Shown here: piece after piece, positions 34,602 through 45,438 of the stretch
How positions within the stretch are numbered: position 1 is the first letter of the stretch
Layout: every line of letters begins with the position of its first letter
Source of the DNA: Klebsiella pneumoniae
GTDB taxonomy: Bacteria > Myxococcota_A > UBA796 > GCA-2862545
DNA length: 64,000 nucleotides
Direction: 5' to 3'
Assembly (NCBI GenBank): GCA_945882675.1
Contig: CAMCWU010000001.1
Location: 763 to 64,762 of the forward strand
Translations under genes and position numbers: made by a program
The notes under the pieces: generated by a model
Told to the model about the DNA's origin: nothing
The model's database searches: none
What the model saw: only the letters and a program-made list of their open reading frames with translations

Positions 34602-35414
34602 ATGGAACACCTGCTCCGCGTGCGCGGCCTCCCCCAGTGGATCGACGCCGCCCGCCTCCTCGGCCCCGGGTTCACCCCGGACGCCGACGGCTTCGTCGCC
34701 ACCCACCCCACCCGCGAAGCCGCGGACGTGGAAGCGCGCCTGCGCGGCCTCGGGTTCGGGGGCCACGCGTTGCAGCTCGACATCACGCCGGATCTCCCTC
34801 GCGCGGCGGTCCGGGGCGCCCGCCTGGAGGACGCGCGACGGCGCCGCGACACCACGCCCGGCTTCCTCCGCAAGGGCGTGGCCGTGGACGACCAGGGGCG
34901 CTGGTCGCTCACGCCGGAGGCTCTGGCCCTCGCGATAGGCCAGCAGGCGGCCGGCAAGCGCGTGATCGACGCGTGCGCGGGCTGCTGCGGCAACGCCATC
35001 GGCTTCGCGCGGGCAGGGTGCCAGGTGACGGCGATCGAGGTCGATCCCGGGCGCCTCGGCTTCGCGAAGCGCAACGCCGCCCGGTACGAGGTCGACGTCA
35101 AGTTCCTCGAGGGGAAGGCCGAGGATCTGCTGCCCGAGCTCGAAGCCGACCTCGTGTTCATCGACCCGCCGTGGGGCGCGGACGCGCCGGCCGCGGACGT
35201 GGGGCCGCTGACCTGGGCGCGGTCCGTTTCGCGGCTGGACGAGCTGCCCGCCCTCCCGCCGATCCTGGCGGCCGCCCGGCGGTTTCCAGCTGTGTGGGTG
35301 AAGGTGCCGCCCAGCTTCGACCCCGCGGATCTCCCGGGCTTCACGCCGGATGCCTGGTTCGGCGAGGCCGCGGGGGATCGGCAGCGCGTGAAGTTCCTGC
35401 TCCTACGCCGCTGA
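34602..35414 (+). CDS. SAM-dependent methyltransferase of the Tgs1 / RNA cap guanine-N2 (Methyltransf_15) type, 270 aa
   Basis: Contains RWSLTPEALALAIG, VIDACAGCCGNAIGFA and DLVFIDPPWG, which match motifs of trimethylguanosine-synthase-like enzymes. Confidence 0.75.
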   Translation: MEHLLRVRGLPQWIDAARLLGPGFTPDADGFVATHPTREAADVEARLRGLGFGGHALQLDITPDLPRAAVRGARLEDARRRRDTTPGFLRKGVAVDDQGRWSLTPEALALAIGQQAAGKRVIDACAGCCGNAIGFARAGCQVTAIEVDPGRLGFAKRNAARYEVDVKFLEGKAEDLLPELEADLVFIDPPWGADAPAADVGPLTWARSVSRLDELPALPPILAAARRFPAVWVKVPPSFDPADLPGFTPDAWFGEAAGDRQRVKFLLLRR

Positions 35415-36578
35415 CTTCCCGTCGCGGAACACCCGCACCAGGGGCCGCAGCCGCAGTATCTCCACCGGATCCGCCACCGGCCACCACACGCACGTCGCGG
35501 GCGCGCCCTCCACGAGCTCCGGAACCTCCCCGAATGGCAGGTGGTTCTCGCGCCATAGCGTGCGCATCACGCGGTGCATCTCCGCCTCCGACGTGAGCTG
35601 CGCAACGTGGACCAGCATGTACGCCGCGTCCACCAGGTTCGCCGTCCCGAGGCGGTACCACGGGTCCTGCACCGAGTCGTGCCCGATGCCGACCGTCGCG
35701 CCCGCCGCCCAGAGCTGGTCGACGCGGGTGATCCCCCTGCGACGCGGGTAACCGTCGTACCGGCCCTGGAGCACCACGTTGTCGAGCGGGTTCGCCACGA
35801 CCTGCACGCCCGCCGTCGCGACGAGCTCGCACACCTTCGCGGCGTACGGGTCGGGGTAGCTGTGCATCGCCGTGCAGTGCCCCGCGACCACGCGCCCGCC
35901 CAGCCCGCGGTCGATGGCCTCCGCGCACACGACCTCGAGGTTCCGGGACCCCGGGTCGTCCGTCTCGTCACAGTGGAAGTCGAGGCGCAGGCCCGTCTTC
36001 TCCGCGAGATCGTACGCGAGGCGCACGCTCGCCCAGCCCTCCTCCGTCGTCCGCTCGAAGTGCGGGATGGCGCCGACCGCGTCCACGCCGAGGCGCACGG
36101 CCTCCTCCCACTGCTCCCGGCGGCCGGGGGCGCGCAGGATCCCCTCTTGCGGGAACGCGACGATCTGGACCTCCACCCGGCCCTTCCACGCTTCCCGCAG
36201 CGCGATCAGCGCCTGCACCGCCACGAGCGAGCCGGTGTCCACGTGCGTGCGCACCCGGAGCGTCCCGTGGCGTTCGTACCACCCGAGCACGATCCCCGCG
36301 CGCTCGATGACGTCCTCCGCCGTCAGATCCCCTCGGACCGACGCCCAGTTCGCGATGCCCTCCCGCAAGGTGCCGGACCGGTTCGGCGTCCGCGCGCCCA
36401 GGAGCACGGCGTCGAGGTGCACGTGCGGCTCGGCCATCGGCGGGGTGAGGGCGCCGCCCTCCAGGACCTCCTCGCCTGATCCCGGCGAGAGCGTGCCCGC
36501 CGGCGCGATCCGCTCGATCGTCGCCCCGATCCGCACGTCCTTGCGGTCCCCGTCGAGCCAGGTGTCGCGCAGCAGCAT
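35403..36578 (-). CDS. codA: Cytosine deaminase-type amidohydrolase, 391 aa
   Basis: Contains PHVHLDAV, VQIVAFPQEG, DFHCDETDDPGSRN, AGHCTAM, NPLDNVVLQGRYDGYPRRRGITRV and GHDSVQDPWYRLG, which fit the CodA pattern. The 3' end overlaps the convergent methyltransferase gene by 12 nt. Confidence 0.8.
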   Translation of the reverse strand: MLLRDTWLDGDRKDVRIGATIERIAPAGTLSPGSGEEVLEGGALTPPMAEPHVHLDAVLLGARTPNRSGTLREGIANWASVRGDLTAEDVIERAGIVLGWYERHGTLRVRTHVDTGSLVAVQALIALREAWKGRVEVQIVAFPQEGILRAPGRREQWEEAVRLGVDAVGAIPHFERTTEEGWASVRLAYDLAEKTGLRLDFHCDETDDPGSRNLEVVCAEAIDRGLGGRVVAGHCTAMHSYPDPYAAKVCELVATAGVQVVANPLDNVVLQGRYDGYPRRRGITRVDQLWAAGATVGIGHDSVQDPWYRLGTANLVDAAYMLVHVAQLTSEAEMHRVMRTLWRENHLPFGEVPELVEGAPATCVWWPVADPVEILRLRPLVRVFRDGKSAA

Positions 36579-36591
36579 CCGCCCTCCCAGA

Positions 36592-36601
36592 TGGTTATAT
36601 C
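36592..36601. promoter_or_regulatory. AT-rich element TGGTTATATC in the 29-bp divergent spacer between codA and the kinase-like gene
   Basis: This is the only AT-rich stretch between the starts at 36578 (minus) and 36608 (plus). It reads as -10-like on both strands (TATATC on plus, TATAAC on minus). Confidence 0.25.
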
Positions 36602-36607
36602 CAGAAC

Positions 36608-37570
36608 TTGCACCCCGACCCGCCCAGCCCCTGGCCCGCCGCGGACACCCCAGAGGCCGCCGCGGCCTTCCTACGTGACGACGCCGCCCTGCGCCCCGGG
36701 GTGGACGCCATCTGCGCCGCCAACGGCCTCGCGTGCCTGCCGATCACCCGCTTCGCCGCGGGGTCGCTCCCGGTGTACGCCATCGGGACCGAGCGCGTGC
36801 TCAAGGTCTACCCGCCGCCCTGGTCCCACGAGCAGCGCCGGGAGGCCCTCGTCCTCTCGGTGCTCGGCGGGCGGCTCCCCATCCCGACGCCGGCGCTGAT
36901 CGTCACGGGTGATCTGGCGGGTTGGACCTGGTGCCTGATGGTCCAGCTCCACGGCGCGAGCCTCGCGGCCCGCTGGTCCGCGCTGGACGACCGCGCCGCC
37001 GTCGCCGCAGCCGTCGGTCGCTGCCTCGCGGCGTTGCACGCCGTGGACGACCCGCGCCTCGCCGATCTCGACCGGGAGGGGATCGAGGGCGAAGATCCCG
37101 CCGCCTTCCTGGACGTACAGCGCCGGACGGCCGTGGACCGTCAGCGCGCTCGGGGCCTCGACGACGCCTGGCTCGACCAGATCTCCGGCTTCCTCGAAAG
37201 GAATCCCGTCCCCGCCGGCCCGCCCGTACTGCTGCACACCGAGCTGATGCGCGACCATCTCCTCGTGGACGTGGCGTCCGACCGGCTGACCGGCCTGTTC
37301 GACTTCGAGCCGTCCATGCTCGGGCCCGCCGAGTACGAGCTGTCGTCCGTTGGCCTGTTCGTCACGGGCGGAGACCCTCGCCTCTTCCGGATCCTTCTCC
37401 TCGCGTACGGCCTGCAACCCGCAGATCTCGGGCCCGAGTTCGAGCGCCGGATCCTCGCTTGCGCGCTGCTCCACCGGTACAGCAACTTCCCGTGGTACCT
37501 CCGCCGCGTCCCGCCGCCGCCCGGAACGGCCACCCTGGAGGATCTCGCCCGGGCGTGGTTCGGAACCTAA
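36608..37570 (+). CDS. Aminoglycoside-phosphotransferase-fold (APH/ChoK) kinase-like protein, 320 aa
   Basis: TTG start. The fold is inferred from VLKVYPP..., LAALHAV and the GLFDFEPSMLG (DFG-equivalent). The catalytic loop reads HTELMRDH rather than HxDxxxxN. Confidence 0.7.
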   Translation: MHPDPPSPWPAADTPEAAAAFLRDDAALRPGVDAICAANGLACLPITRFAAGSLPVYAIGTERVLKVYPPPWSHEQRREALVLSVLGGRLPIPTPALIVTGDLAGWTWCLMVQLHGASLAARWSALDDRAAVAAAVGRCLAALHAVDDPRLADLDREGIEGEDPAAFLDVQRRTAVDRQRARGLDDAWLDQISGFLERNPVPAGPPVLLHTELMRDHLLVDVASDRLTGLFDFEPSMLGPAEYELSSVGLFVTGGDPRLFRILLLAYGLQPADLGPEFERRILACALLHRYSNFPWYLRRVPPPPGTATLEDLARAWFGT

Positions 37571-37635
37571 CAAAAAACGCTCCGGAACATCGAATGATGT
37601 CATGCCGTGTCGCGTCCTCGAATGAGGAGGACACC

Positions 37636-38517
37636 ATGAAGCGCGCCCTGCTGCTGCTCGCCGGCCTGCTGCCGGCATCCTGTGAGATCGCCACGGGATC
37701 CTTGAACGAAGTCGTGAACGACGCGATCGAACAGTGCGCCACGGCCTGCACCCACATCGAGGAGTGCTCCGCGACCCCGCCCGTGCCGCAGTTCGGCAAC
37801 TTGGGCACCGCCACGACCGGGGAAGAAGGCCTCGATTGCGCCGTCGGCTGCGTGGCGGAGGACCGCGAGCTCCGCGGCTACTCCGACTGCCAGATCGAGT
37901 GCATCGTCGACGCCGCCTGCGGGAAGATCGAGGACTGCTGGGACCCGAAGTCCGACCGGTACGCGACCTTCTGCCTCGATGGCCGCGATGTCCCTGAGGT
38001 CGACGTGCCCGCGGAGCAGGCCGATCCTAGCAACGGCAGCGTGAGCGGCAGCGACGAAGCGGATCACATCTTCGAGGACCCGGCCGTCGCCATCGCGGTC
38101 GAGGACGCCGGCGGCGGCTTCGTCGTGAACTTCGGCGACGAGCCGCCGCGCCTCGTCGGGAAGTACGATGTGGACGGCCGCATCGACGAGAGCTCGAACG
38201 CCCGCGCGGTCGGCTCCCGGATCGACACGTCGATCTGCTTCTGGGACTACACGGAGACCGACGGCGGCGTCGTCGTCACGTACTGCGAAGACGGCGTGCC
38301 CGGAGAGGACAGCGCGCCGCTCACCGGCACGAACGACGCCTTCACAGTCTACTTCGAGTACCCGGGCCAGGCGACCGTCCTGTTCTCCGGCTCCATCCGC
38401 GAGGACGGCACGCTCTCCCAGGTCGAGGCCCTGGTCGTCTACACGTACACCACGGACGTCTGGGAGCTCTCGCACACCGACTGGGTGCCGGCGGGCGACT
38501 GCGACTCCTGCTTCTAG
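37636..38517 (+). CDS. Acidic Cys-rich lipoprotein, 293 aa
   Basis: ATG at 37636 follows GAGGAGG. MKRALLLLAGLLPASC lipobox. The upstream part of track ORF 36922-38517 overlaps the kinase-like gene and is unsupported. Confidence 0.8.
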   Translation: MKRALLLLAGLLPASCEIATGSLNEVVNDAIEQCATACTHIEECSATPPVPQFGNLGTATTGEEGLDCAVGCVAEDRELRGYSDCQIECIVDAACGKIEDCWDPKSDRYATFCLDGRDVPEVDVPAEQADPSNGSVSGSDEADHIFEDPAVAIAVEDAGGGFVVNFGDEPPRLVGKYDVDGRIDESSNARAVGSRIDTSICFWDYTETDGGVVVTYCEDGVPGEDSAPLTGTNDAFTVYFEYPGQATVLFSGSIREDGTLSQVEALVVYTYTTDVWELSHTDWVPAGDCDSCF

Positions 38518-40029
<1,512 letters not shown>

Positions 40030-40030
40030 A

Positions 40031-41524
40031 GTGCTGACCTCTCCCTTCGAAGCCCGGTCCTATGCGTTCCACCCCTGGACGGACGCGCGCAACGTCATCG
40101 GCGGCAAGGTGGTCGACCCGTCCGGAACGGACGTCCTGCCCATCGTCAACGCCCGGCACGGCAAGCCGATGGCGCACGTCCGCATGTCCACGGCCGCCGA
40201 CGTCGACGCCGCGGTACAAGCCGCCGCGATCGCCCAGAAGGCGTGGGGCGAGTGGCCCATGCGCGAGCGCGCCCAGGTGCTTTACCGCGCCCGCGAGCTC
40301 ATGGTGCGCGACATGGAAGAGCTCGCCTGGCTCGTCTCGCACGAGAACGGCAAGATCCTGAGCGAGGCCCGCGCCGAGATCGAGAAGGGCATCGAGTGCA
40401 CCGAGTTCGGGTGCTCGCTCCCGAACCTCGCGGCCGGCCAGCAGCTGGAGGTGAGCCGCGGCGTGCGCTGCGAGCTGGTGGACGCGCCGCTCGGCGTGGT
40501 TGCCGGCGTCACCCCGTTCAACTTCCCGTTCATGGTCCCGCTGTGGATGCTCCCGCAGGCGCTCGTGGGCGGCAACGCGTTCATCCTCAAGCCGAGCGAG
40601 CGCGTTCCGCTCTCGTCGATGAAGATCGCGGACCTGTTCCGCGAAGCCGGGCTTCCGGACGGCATCCTCAGCCTGGTGCAGGGCGGCCGGGAGGTCGTCG
40701 AGGCCCTGTGTGACCACCCCGGCATCCAGGCGCTCGCGTTCGTCGGGTCCACCAAGGTCGCGAAAGCCGTGTACGGCCGTGCCTGTTCTAATGGAAAGCG
40801 GGCGTTGTGCCTGGGTGGCGCGAAGAACCACCTCATCGTCGTGCCGGACGCGGACGTGGACGTGGCGGTCGAGAACATCGTCGCTTCCTACACCGGCTGC
40901 GCGGGCCAGCGGTGCATGGCCGCGAGCGTCGTGCTGGCGGTCGGCGACGTCGACCACATCATCGACGAGGTGAAGCGTCGCTCCCAGAAGATCGTGCTCG
41001 GGCGCGACCTCGGGCCGGTGACGACGGCGGGCGCGAGGGACAAGATCGAAGGCTATGTGGCCGACGCGCAGAAGCGGGGTGCGAAGCTGATCCTCGACGG
41101 GCGCGGCCAGTCCGGCGGCGACGACGGCGGCTATTGGGTCGGCCCGACGCTGCTCGACGGCGTCTCGCCCGACATGCCCGCCGGCTGCGAGGAGATCTTC
41201 GGGCCCGTGCTCTCGATTATCCGCGTGGCGAACCTCGAGGAGGCGCTGGCCATCGAGAACGGCAACCCGTACGGCAACGCTGCCGCCGTGTACACCACGA
41301 GCGGCGAGGTCGCGCGCCGCGTGATGGGCCGGGCGCAGGCCGGGATGTGCGGCGTGAACGTCGGCGTGCCGGTCCCGCGCGAGCCGTTCGGCTTCGGCGG
41401 CTGGAACGACTCGGCGTTCGGCCACGGGAACCTGACCGGCTGGGACGGCTACCGGTTCTGGACGCGGCAGCGCAAGATCACGACGAAGTGGGCCCGGCAG
41501 TCAGACACCAACTGGATGTCGTAG
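40031..41524 (+). CDS. mmsA: CoA-acylating (methyl)malonate-semialdehyde dehydrogenase
   Basis: GTG start 1 nt after the hydA stop. Contains TPFNFPFMVPLWMLPQAL, ILKPSERVP, GGAKNH and GQRCMA (catalytic Cys), which fit the MMSDH pattern. Confidence 0.85.
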   Translation: MLTSPFEARSYAFHPWTDARNVIGGKVVDPSGTDVLPIVNARHGKPMAHVRMSTAADVDAAVQAAAIAQKAWGEWPMRERAQVLYRARELMVRDMEELAWLVSHENGKILSEARAEIEKGIECTEFGCSLPNLAAGQQLEVSRGVRCELVDAPLGVVAGVTPFNFPFMVPLWMLPQALVGGNAFILKPSERVPLSSMKIADLFREAGLPDGILSLVQGGREVVEALCDHPGIQALAFVGSTKVAKAVYGRACSNGKRALCLGGAKNHLIVVPDADVDVAVENIVASYTGCAGQRCMAASVVLAVGDVDHIIDEVKRRSQKIVLGRDLGPVTTAGARDKIEGYVADAQKRGAKLILDGRGQSGGDDGGYWVGPTLLDGVSPDMPAGCEEIFGPVLSIIRVANLEEALAIENGNPYGNAAAVYTTSGEVARRVMGRAQAGMCGVNVGVPVPREPFGFGGWNDSAFGHGNLTGWDGYRFWTRQRKITTKWARQSDTNWMS

Positions 41525-41534
41525 GAAGATCGCC

Positions 41535-42854
41535 ATGGACACCCAGCAGATGATCGACCTCTGCCTGAAGCACACCATGTTCTCGTGGTCTGCGAACGGC
41601 AAGGTGAGCCCCATCGCGTTCGACCGCGCAGAGGGCATCTACTTCTACGAGCCCAGCGGGAAGCGCTGGATCGACTGGAACAGTCAGCTGATGTCCGTGA
41701 ACATCGGGCACGGGCACCCGGCTGTGAAGGCCGCGATGAAGGACGCCGTCGAGCGCGTCATCTTCGCCGGTCCGTCCATGGCGACAGAGGTGCGGGCGCG
41801 CCTGGGCCAGCGGCTGTCGCGAATGGTGCCGGGTGACATCGACACGTTCTTCTTCACGCTGGGCGGCGCGGAAGCGAACGAGAACGCCATCAAGGCCGCG
41901 CGGCAGTTCACCGGGCGGCAGAAGATCCTGGCGCGGTACCGCAGCTACCACGGCGCCACCAACGGCGTGATGCAGCTCACCGGCGATCCGCGCCGCTGGC
42001 CGAACGAGCCGGGGATGCCGGGCGTCGTCCATGTGATGGACCCGATCCCCCTCGACCACAGCTTCGGCGACGACGACGAGGAGATCGTCCGGAACAACCT
42101 TACCTACCTGGAAGAGGTCATCCAGTTCGAAGGGCCGCACACCATCGCCGCCATGTTCATCGAGACGGTGACCGGCACGAACGGCATCCTCATCCCGCCC
42201 AAGGGCTACCTGAAGGGCCTGAAGGCGCTGCTGCAGAAGTACGGGATCCTCCTCGTCTGTGACGAGGTCATGGCCGGCTTCGGCCGCACCGGGAAGTGGT
42301 TCGCGTTCGAGCACGGCGACATCGTGCCGGACATCGTGACGATGGCGAAGGGGCTCACGAGCTCGTATGCGCCGCTCGGGTGCATGGGCGTGAGCGCGCC
42401 GATCGCGGCGTACTTCAAGGACAACGTGTTCTGGGGTGGCCTGACGTACAACGCGCACCCGTGGTGTCTCGAGGTCGCGATGGCGGTCCTCGACGTCATG
42501 GAGAACGAGTCGCTCGTCGACCGCAGCGCGCGGATGGGGGAGGTCATGCGCGGGCACATGGCGCGCATGGCGGAGAAGCACCCGTCGATCCGGGAGCACC
42601 GCAACATCGGCCTGTTCGGGATCATCGAGCTCGGCGACCCGAAGACGGGCAAGCGGCTCGCGGGGTACAACCAGACACATCCCGTGATGGTTGACATCGG
42701 CAAGTATTTCAAGGAACACGGGCTGTATGCCCTCGTCCAGGGGACCGCGTTCATGTGCAACCCGCCGCTGTGCATCACGGCCGAGCAGCTCGAGGAAGCG
42801 TTCGTCATCATCGACGGCGCCCTGAACCTCGCCGACGCCGCGGTGCGCGCATGA
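41535..42854 (+). CDS. Class-III aminotransferase (beta-alanine/omega-amino acid:pyruvate type)
   Basis: Contains NIGHGHP, SGAEANENAIK-like GGAEANENAIKAAR, DEVMAGFGRTGKWFAFEH and TMAKGLTS (PLP Lys). Confidence 0.85.
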   Translation: MDTQQMIDLCLKHTMFSWSANGKVSPIAFDRAEGIYFYEPSGKRWIDWNSQLMSVNIGHGHPAVKAAMKDAVERVIFAGPSMATEVRARLGQRLSRMVPGDIDTFFFTLGGAEANENAIKAARQFTGRQKILARYRSYHGATNGVMQLTGDPRRWPNEPGMPGVVHVMDPIPLDHSFGDDDEEIVRNNLTYLEEVIQFEGPHTIAAMFIETVTGTNGILIPPKGYLKGLKALLQKYGILLVCDEVMAGFGRTGKWFAFEHGDIVPDIVTMAKGLTSSYAPLGCMGVSAPIAAYFKDNVFWGGLTYNAHPWCLEVAMAVLDVMENESLVDRSARMGEVMRGHMARMAEKHPSIREHRNIGLFGIIELGDPKTGKRLAGYNQTHPVMVDIGKYFKEHGLYALVQGTAFMCNPPLCITAEQLEEAFVIIDGALNLADAAVRA

Positions 42855-44155
42855 GCCGTCTTCCAGAAGGTCGTACCGAGCAGGCCTTCGACGAGTACAA
42901 GCCGCCCTACAACGCCCTGCAGGCGGAGGTCGAGGCGAACCGCTGCCTGTTCTGCTACGACGCGCCGTGCATCAAGGCGTGCCCCACCGCCATCGACATC
43001 CCGGGGTTCATCCGGAAGATCGCGACGGGCAACGTGCGCGGGTCCGCGAACACCATCTTCCAGGCCAACATCCTCGGCGCGAGCTGCGCGCGGGTCTGCC
43101 CGGTCGAGGTCCTGTGCGTCGGCGACTGCGTATACAACGAGATGGGGGTTCTGCCCATCCAGATCGGCAGGCTGCAGCGGTTCGCGACGGACGCGGCCTA
43201 TGCAAACGAATGGCACGACTTCGTAGCGGGTCCGGACACCGGCAAGAGCGTGGGCCTGATCGGCGCGGGCCCCGCGTCGTTGTCGGCGGCGCACCGGCTC
43301 CGGCGCTTCGGCCACGCGGTCACGCTCTACGAGAAGCGCGACGTCACGGGCGGCCTGAACACTACCGGCATCGCGCCCTACAAGATGGCGGCCGAGGACG
43401 CCCTCGACGAGGTCGAGTGGATTCGCAGGATCGGCGGGATCGATGTGGTGCGGGCTTCGATCCCCGTGGATCTCACGTGGGACGCGCTGCTCGAGCGCCA
43501 CGACGCGCTGTTCCTCGGGTTCGGGCTCGGGCCGGACTCGGCGCTGCTCGCGGAGGGTGAGGCGCTCCTCGGCGTGGAAGGGGCGGTCTCGTGGATCGAG
43601 CAGATGAAGCTCGGGAGCGTGGGCCTCGACGGGATCCGGCGCGCGGTGGTGCTCGGCGGCGGAAACACGGCGATGGACGCGCTCCGCGAGCTGTGCGGGC
43701 TCGGCGTGCCGGACGTGACGATGATCTACCGCGGCACGGACGTCGGCATGAGCGGCTACGCGCACGAGTGGGAGGCCGCGAAGAAGCTCGGCGCCAAGGC
43801 GATGTGGATGACGGCGCCCACCGGGTTCGACGGATCTGCCAGGGTCACCGGGGTGAAGTGCGTGATGGTTGACGGAAGCAAGCAGATCGTGCCGGGGACC
43901 GAGCACGTGGTGCCGGCGGACCTCGTGCTGCTCGCGATCGGGCAGAGCAAGCTCGGATCGCTCGTGGCGGGGATACCGGGCGTCGCGACGGACCGGGGCC
44001 GCATCGTCACCACGGCGGGCGGGCGCACGGGCCACCCGCGCGTATTCGCCGGCGGCGACTGCGCGAACGGCGGGAAGGAGGTCGTCAACGCGGCCGCAGA
44101 GGGGCGTGACGCAGCGTTCGCCATCCATGAGCAGATCCTGGCGGGAGGTGTCTGA
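42851..44155 (+). CDS. preT: NAD-dependent dihydropyrimidine dehydrogenase subunit PreT (Fe-S + FAD/NAD oxidoreductase)
   Basis: ATG at 42851 overlaps the upstream stop (ATGA). Contains CLFCYDAPCIKACPT, VGLIGAGPASLSAA and GGGNTAMD. Confidence 0.85.
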   Translation: MSRLPEGRTEQAFDEYKPPYNALQAEVEANRCLFCYDAPCIKACPTAIDIPGFIRKIATGNVRGSANTIFQANILGASCARVCPVEVLCVGDCVYNEMGVLPIQIGRLQRFATDAAYANEWHDFVAGPDTGKSVGLIGAGPASLSAAHRLRRFGHAVTLYEKRDVTGGLNTTGIAPYKMAAEDALDEVEWIRRIGGIDVVRASIPVDLTWDALLERHDALFLGFGLGPDSALLAEGEALLGVEGAVSWIEQMKLGSVGLDGIRRAVVLGGGNTAMDALRELCGLGVPDVTMIYRGTDVGMSGYAHEWEAAKKLGAKAMWMTAPTGFDGSARVTGVKCVMVDGSKQIVPGTEHVVPADLVLLAIGQSKLGSLVAGIPGVATDRGRIVTTAGGRTGHPRVFAGGDCANGGKEVVNAAAEGRDAAFAIHEQILAGGV

Positions 44156-45426
44156 TGGCCGATTTGACCTCGAACACCGGCGGCATCGTCTCGCCGAACC
44201 CGTTCTGGCTCGCCAGCGCGCCGCCCACCAACTCGGGCGGCCAGATCATGCGCGCGTTCGACGCCGGCTGGGGCGGGGCGGTCTGGAAGACCCTCGGCCA
44301 GCCGATCCAGAACGTGAGCAGCCGGTTCGGCGCGATCAAGTGGAAGGGCGCCGGCGGCGTCGGCTTCAACAACATCGAGCTCATCACGGATCGGCCGCTC
44401 GAAAGCAACTTCCGCGAGATCGCGGAGGTCAAGAAGCGCTTCCCCAAGCACGCCGTCATCGTCAGCCTGATGGTGGAGACGCGCGAGGAGTGGCGCGAGA
44501 TCATCGCGCGGTCGGAGGACGCGGGCGCGGACGGCCTCGAGCTGAACTTCGGCTGCCCGCACGGCATGTGCGAGCGCGGCATGGGCTCCGCCGTCGGCCA
44601 GGAGCCAGCGGTCAACGAGCGGATCACGGGCTGGGCGAAGGAGTTCGCGAAGGTCCCGGTCCTGGTCAAGCTGACGCCGAACGTCGGTGACATCCGCCCG
44701 CACGGCCTCGCGGCGCAGCGCGGCGGCGCGGACGGCGTGAGCCTGATCAACACGATCAAGTCGATCATCGGGGTGGACCTCGACAGCTTCGTGCCGCAGC
44801 CCATGGTCGGTACCCGGTCGAGCAACGGCGGCTACTGCGGGGCGGCCGTGCGGCCCATCGCGCTGCACATGACGGCGGCGCTCGCGCGGGACGAGCGGTT
44901 CAACCTCCCGATCAGCGGCATCGGCGGCATCACGAACTGGCGGGACGCGGCCGAGTTCATCCTCCTCGGCAGCTCGAGCGTGCAGGTGTGCACGGAGGTG
45001 ATGCTCAAGGGCTTCCGGATCGTCGAGGACATGATCGAGGGTTTGAACGGCTATATGGACGAGCGCGGCTTCGCGAGCCTGGACGCGATGGTGGGCAAGG
45101 CCGTCCCGGCCTACGAGGACTGGGGCAACCTCGACCTGAACTTCGAGACGGTCGCGAAGATCGACGCGAATGTGTGCATCGGCTGCCAGCTGTGCCTGGT
45201 CGCGTGCCAGGACGGCGCACACCAGTGCATCCACCCGAACCCCACCGGCTCGCGCGTCCCCGTCATCGACGAGTCCGAGTGCGTGGGCTGCAACCTCTGC
45301 CAGATCGTGTGCCCGGTCCCCGGCTGCATCACGATGGAGGAGGTCCCGAACGGTTACGCGCCTGCGACCTGGAATATGCACGTCGAATCCGGCGCCGAGC
45401 TGCGCCCCAAGAAGGGAAGCCACTAG
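44155..45426 (+). CDS. preA: NAD-dependent dihydropyrimidine dehydrogenase subunit PreA (DHOD-like + 2x[4Fe-4S])
   Basis: The start overlaps the preT stop by 1 nt. Contains LNFGCPHGM and GGITNWRDA, plus the ferredoxin motifs CIGCQLCLVAC and CVGCNLCQIVCP. Confidence 0.9.
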   Translation: MADLTSNTGGIVSPNPFWLASAPPTNSGGQIMRAFDAGWGGAVWKTLGQPIQNVSSRFGAIKWKGAGGVGFNNIELITDRPLESNFREIAEVKKRFPKHAVIVSLMVETREEWREIIARSEDAGADGLELNFGCPHGMCERGMGSAVGQEPAVNERITGWAKEFAKVPVLVKLTPNVGDIRPHGLAAQRGGADGVSLINTIKSIIGVDLDSFVPQPMVGTRSSNGGYCGAAVRPIALHMTAALARDERFNLPISGIGGITNWRDAAEFILLGSSSVQVCTEVMLKGFRIVEDMIEGLNGYMDERGFASLDAMVGKAVPAYEDWGNLDLNFETVAKIDANVCIGCQLCLVACQDGAHQCIHPNPTGSRVPVIDESECVGCNLCQIVCPVPGCITMEEVPNGYAPATWNMHVESGAELRPKKGSH

Positions 45427-45438
45427 CGGGGAGGTCCG

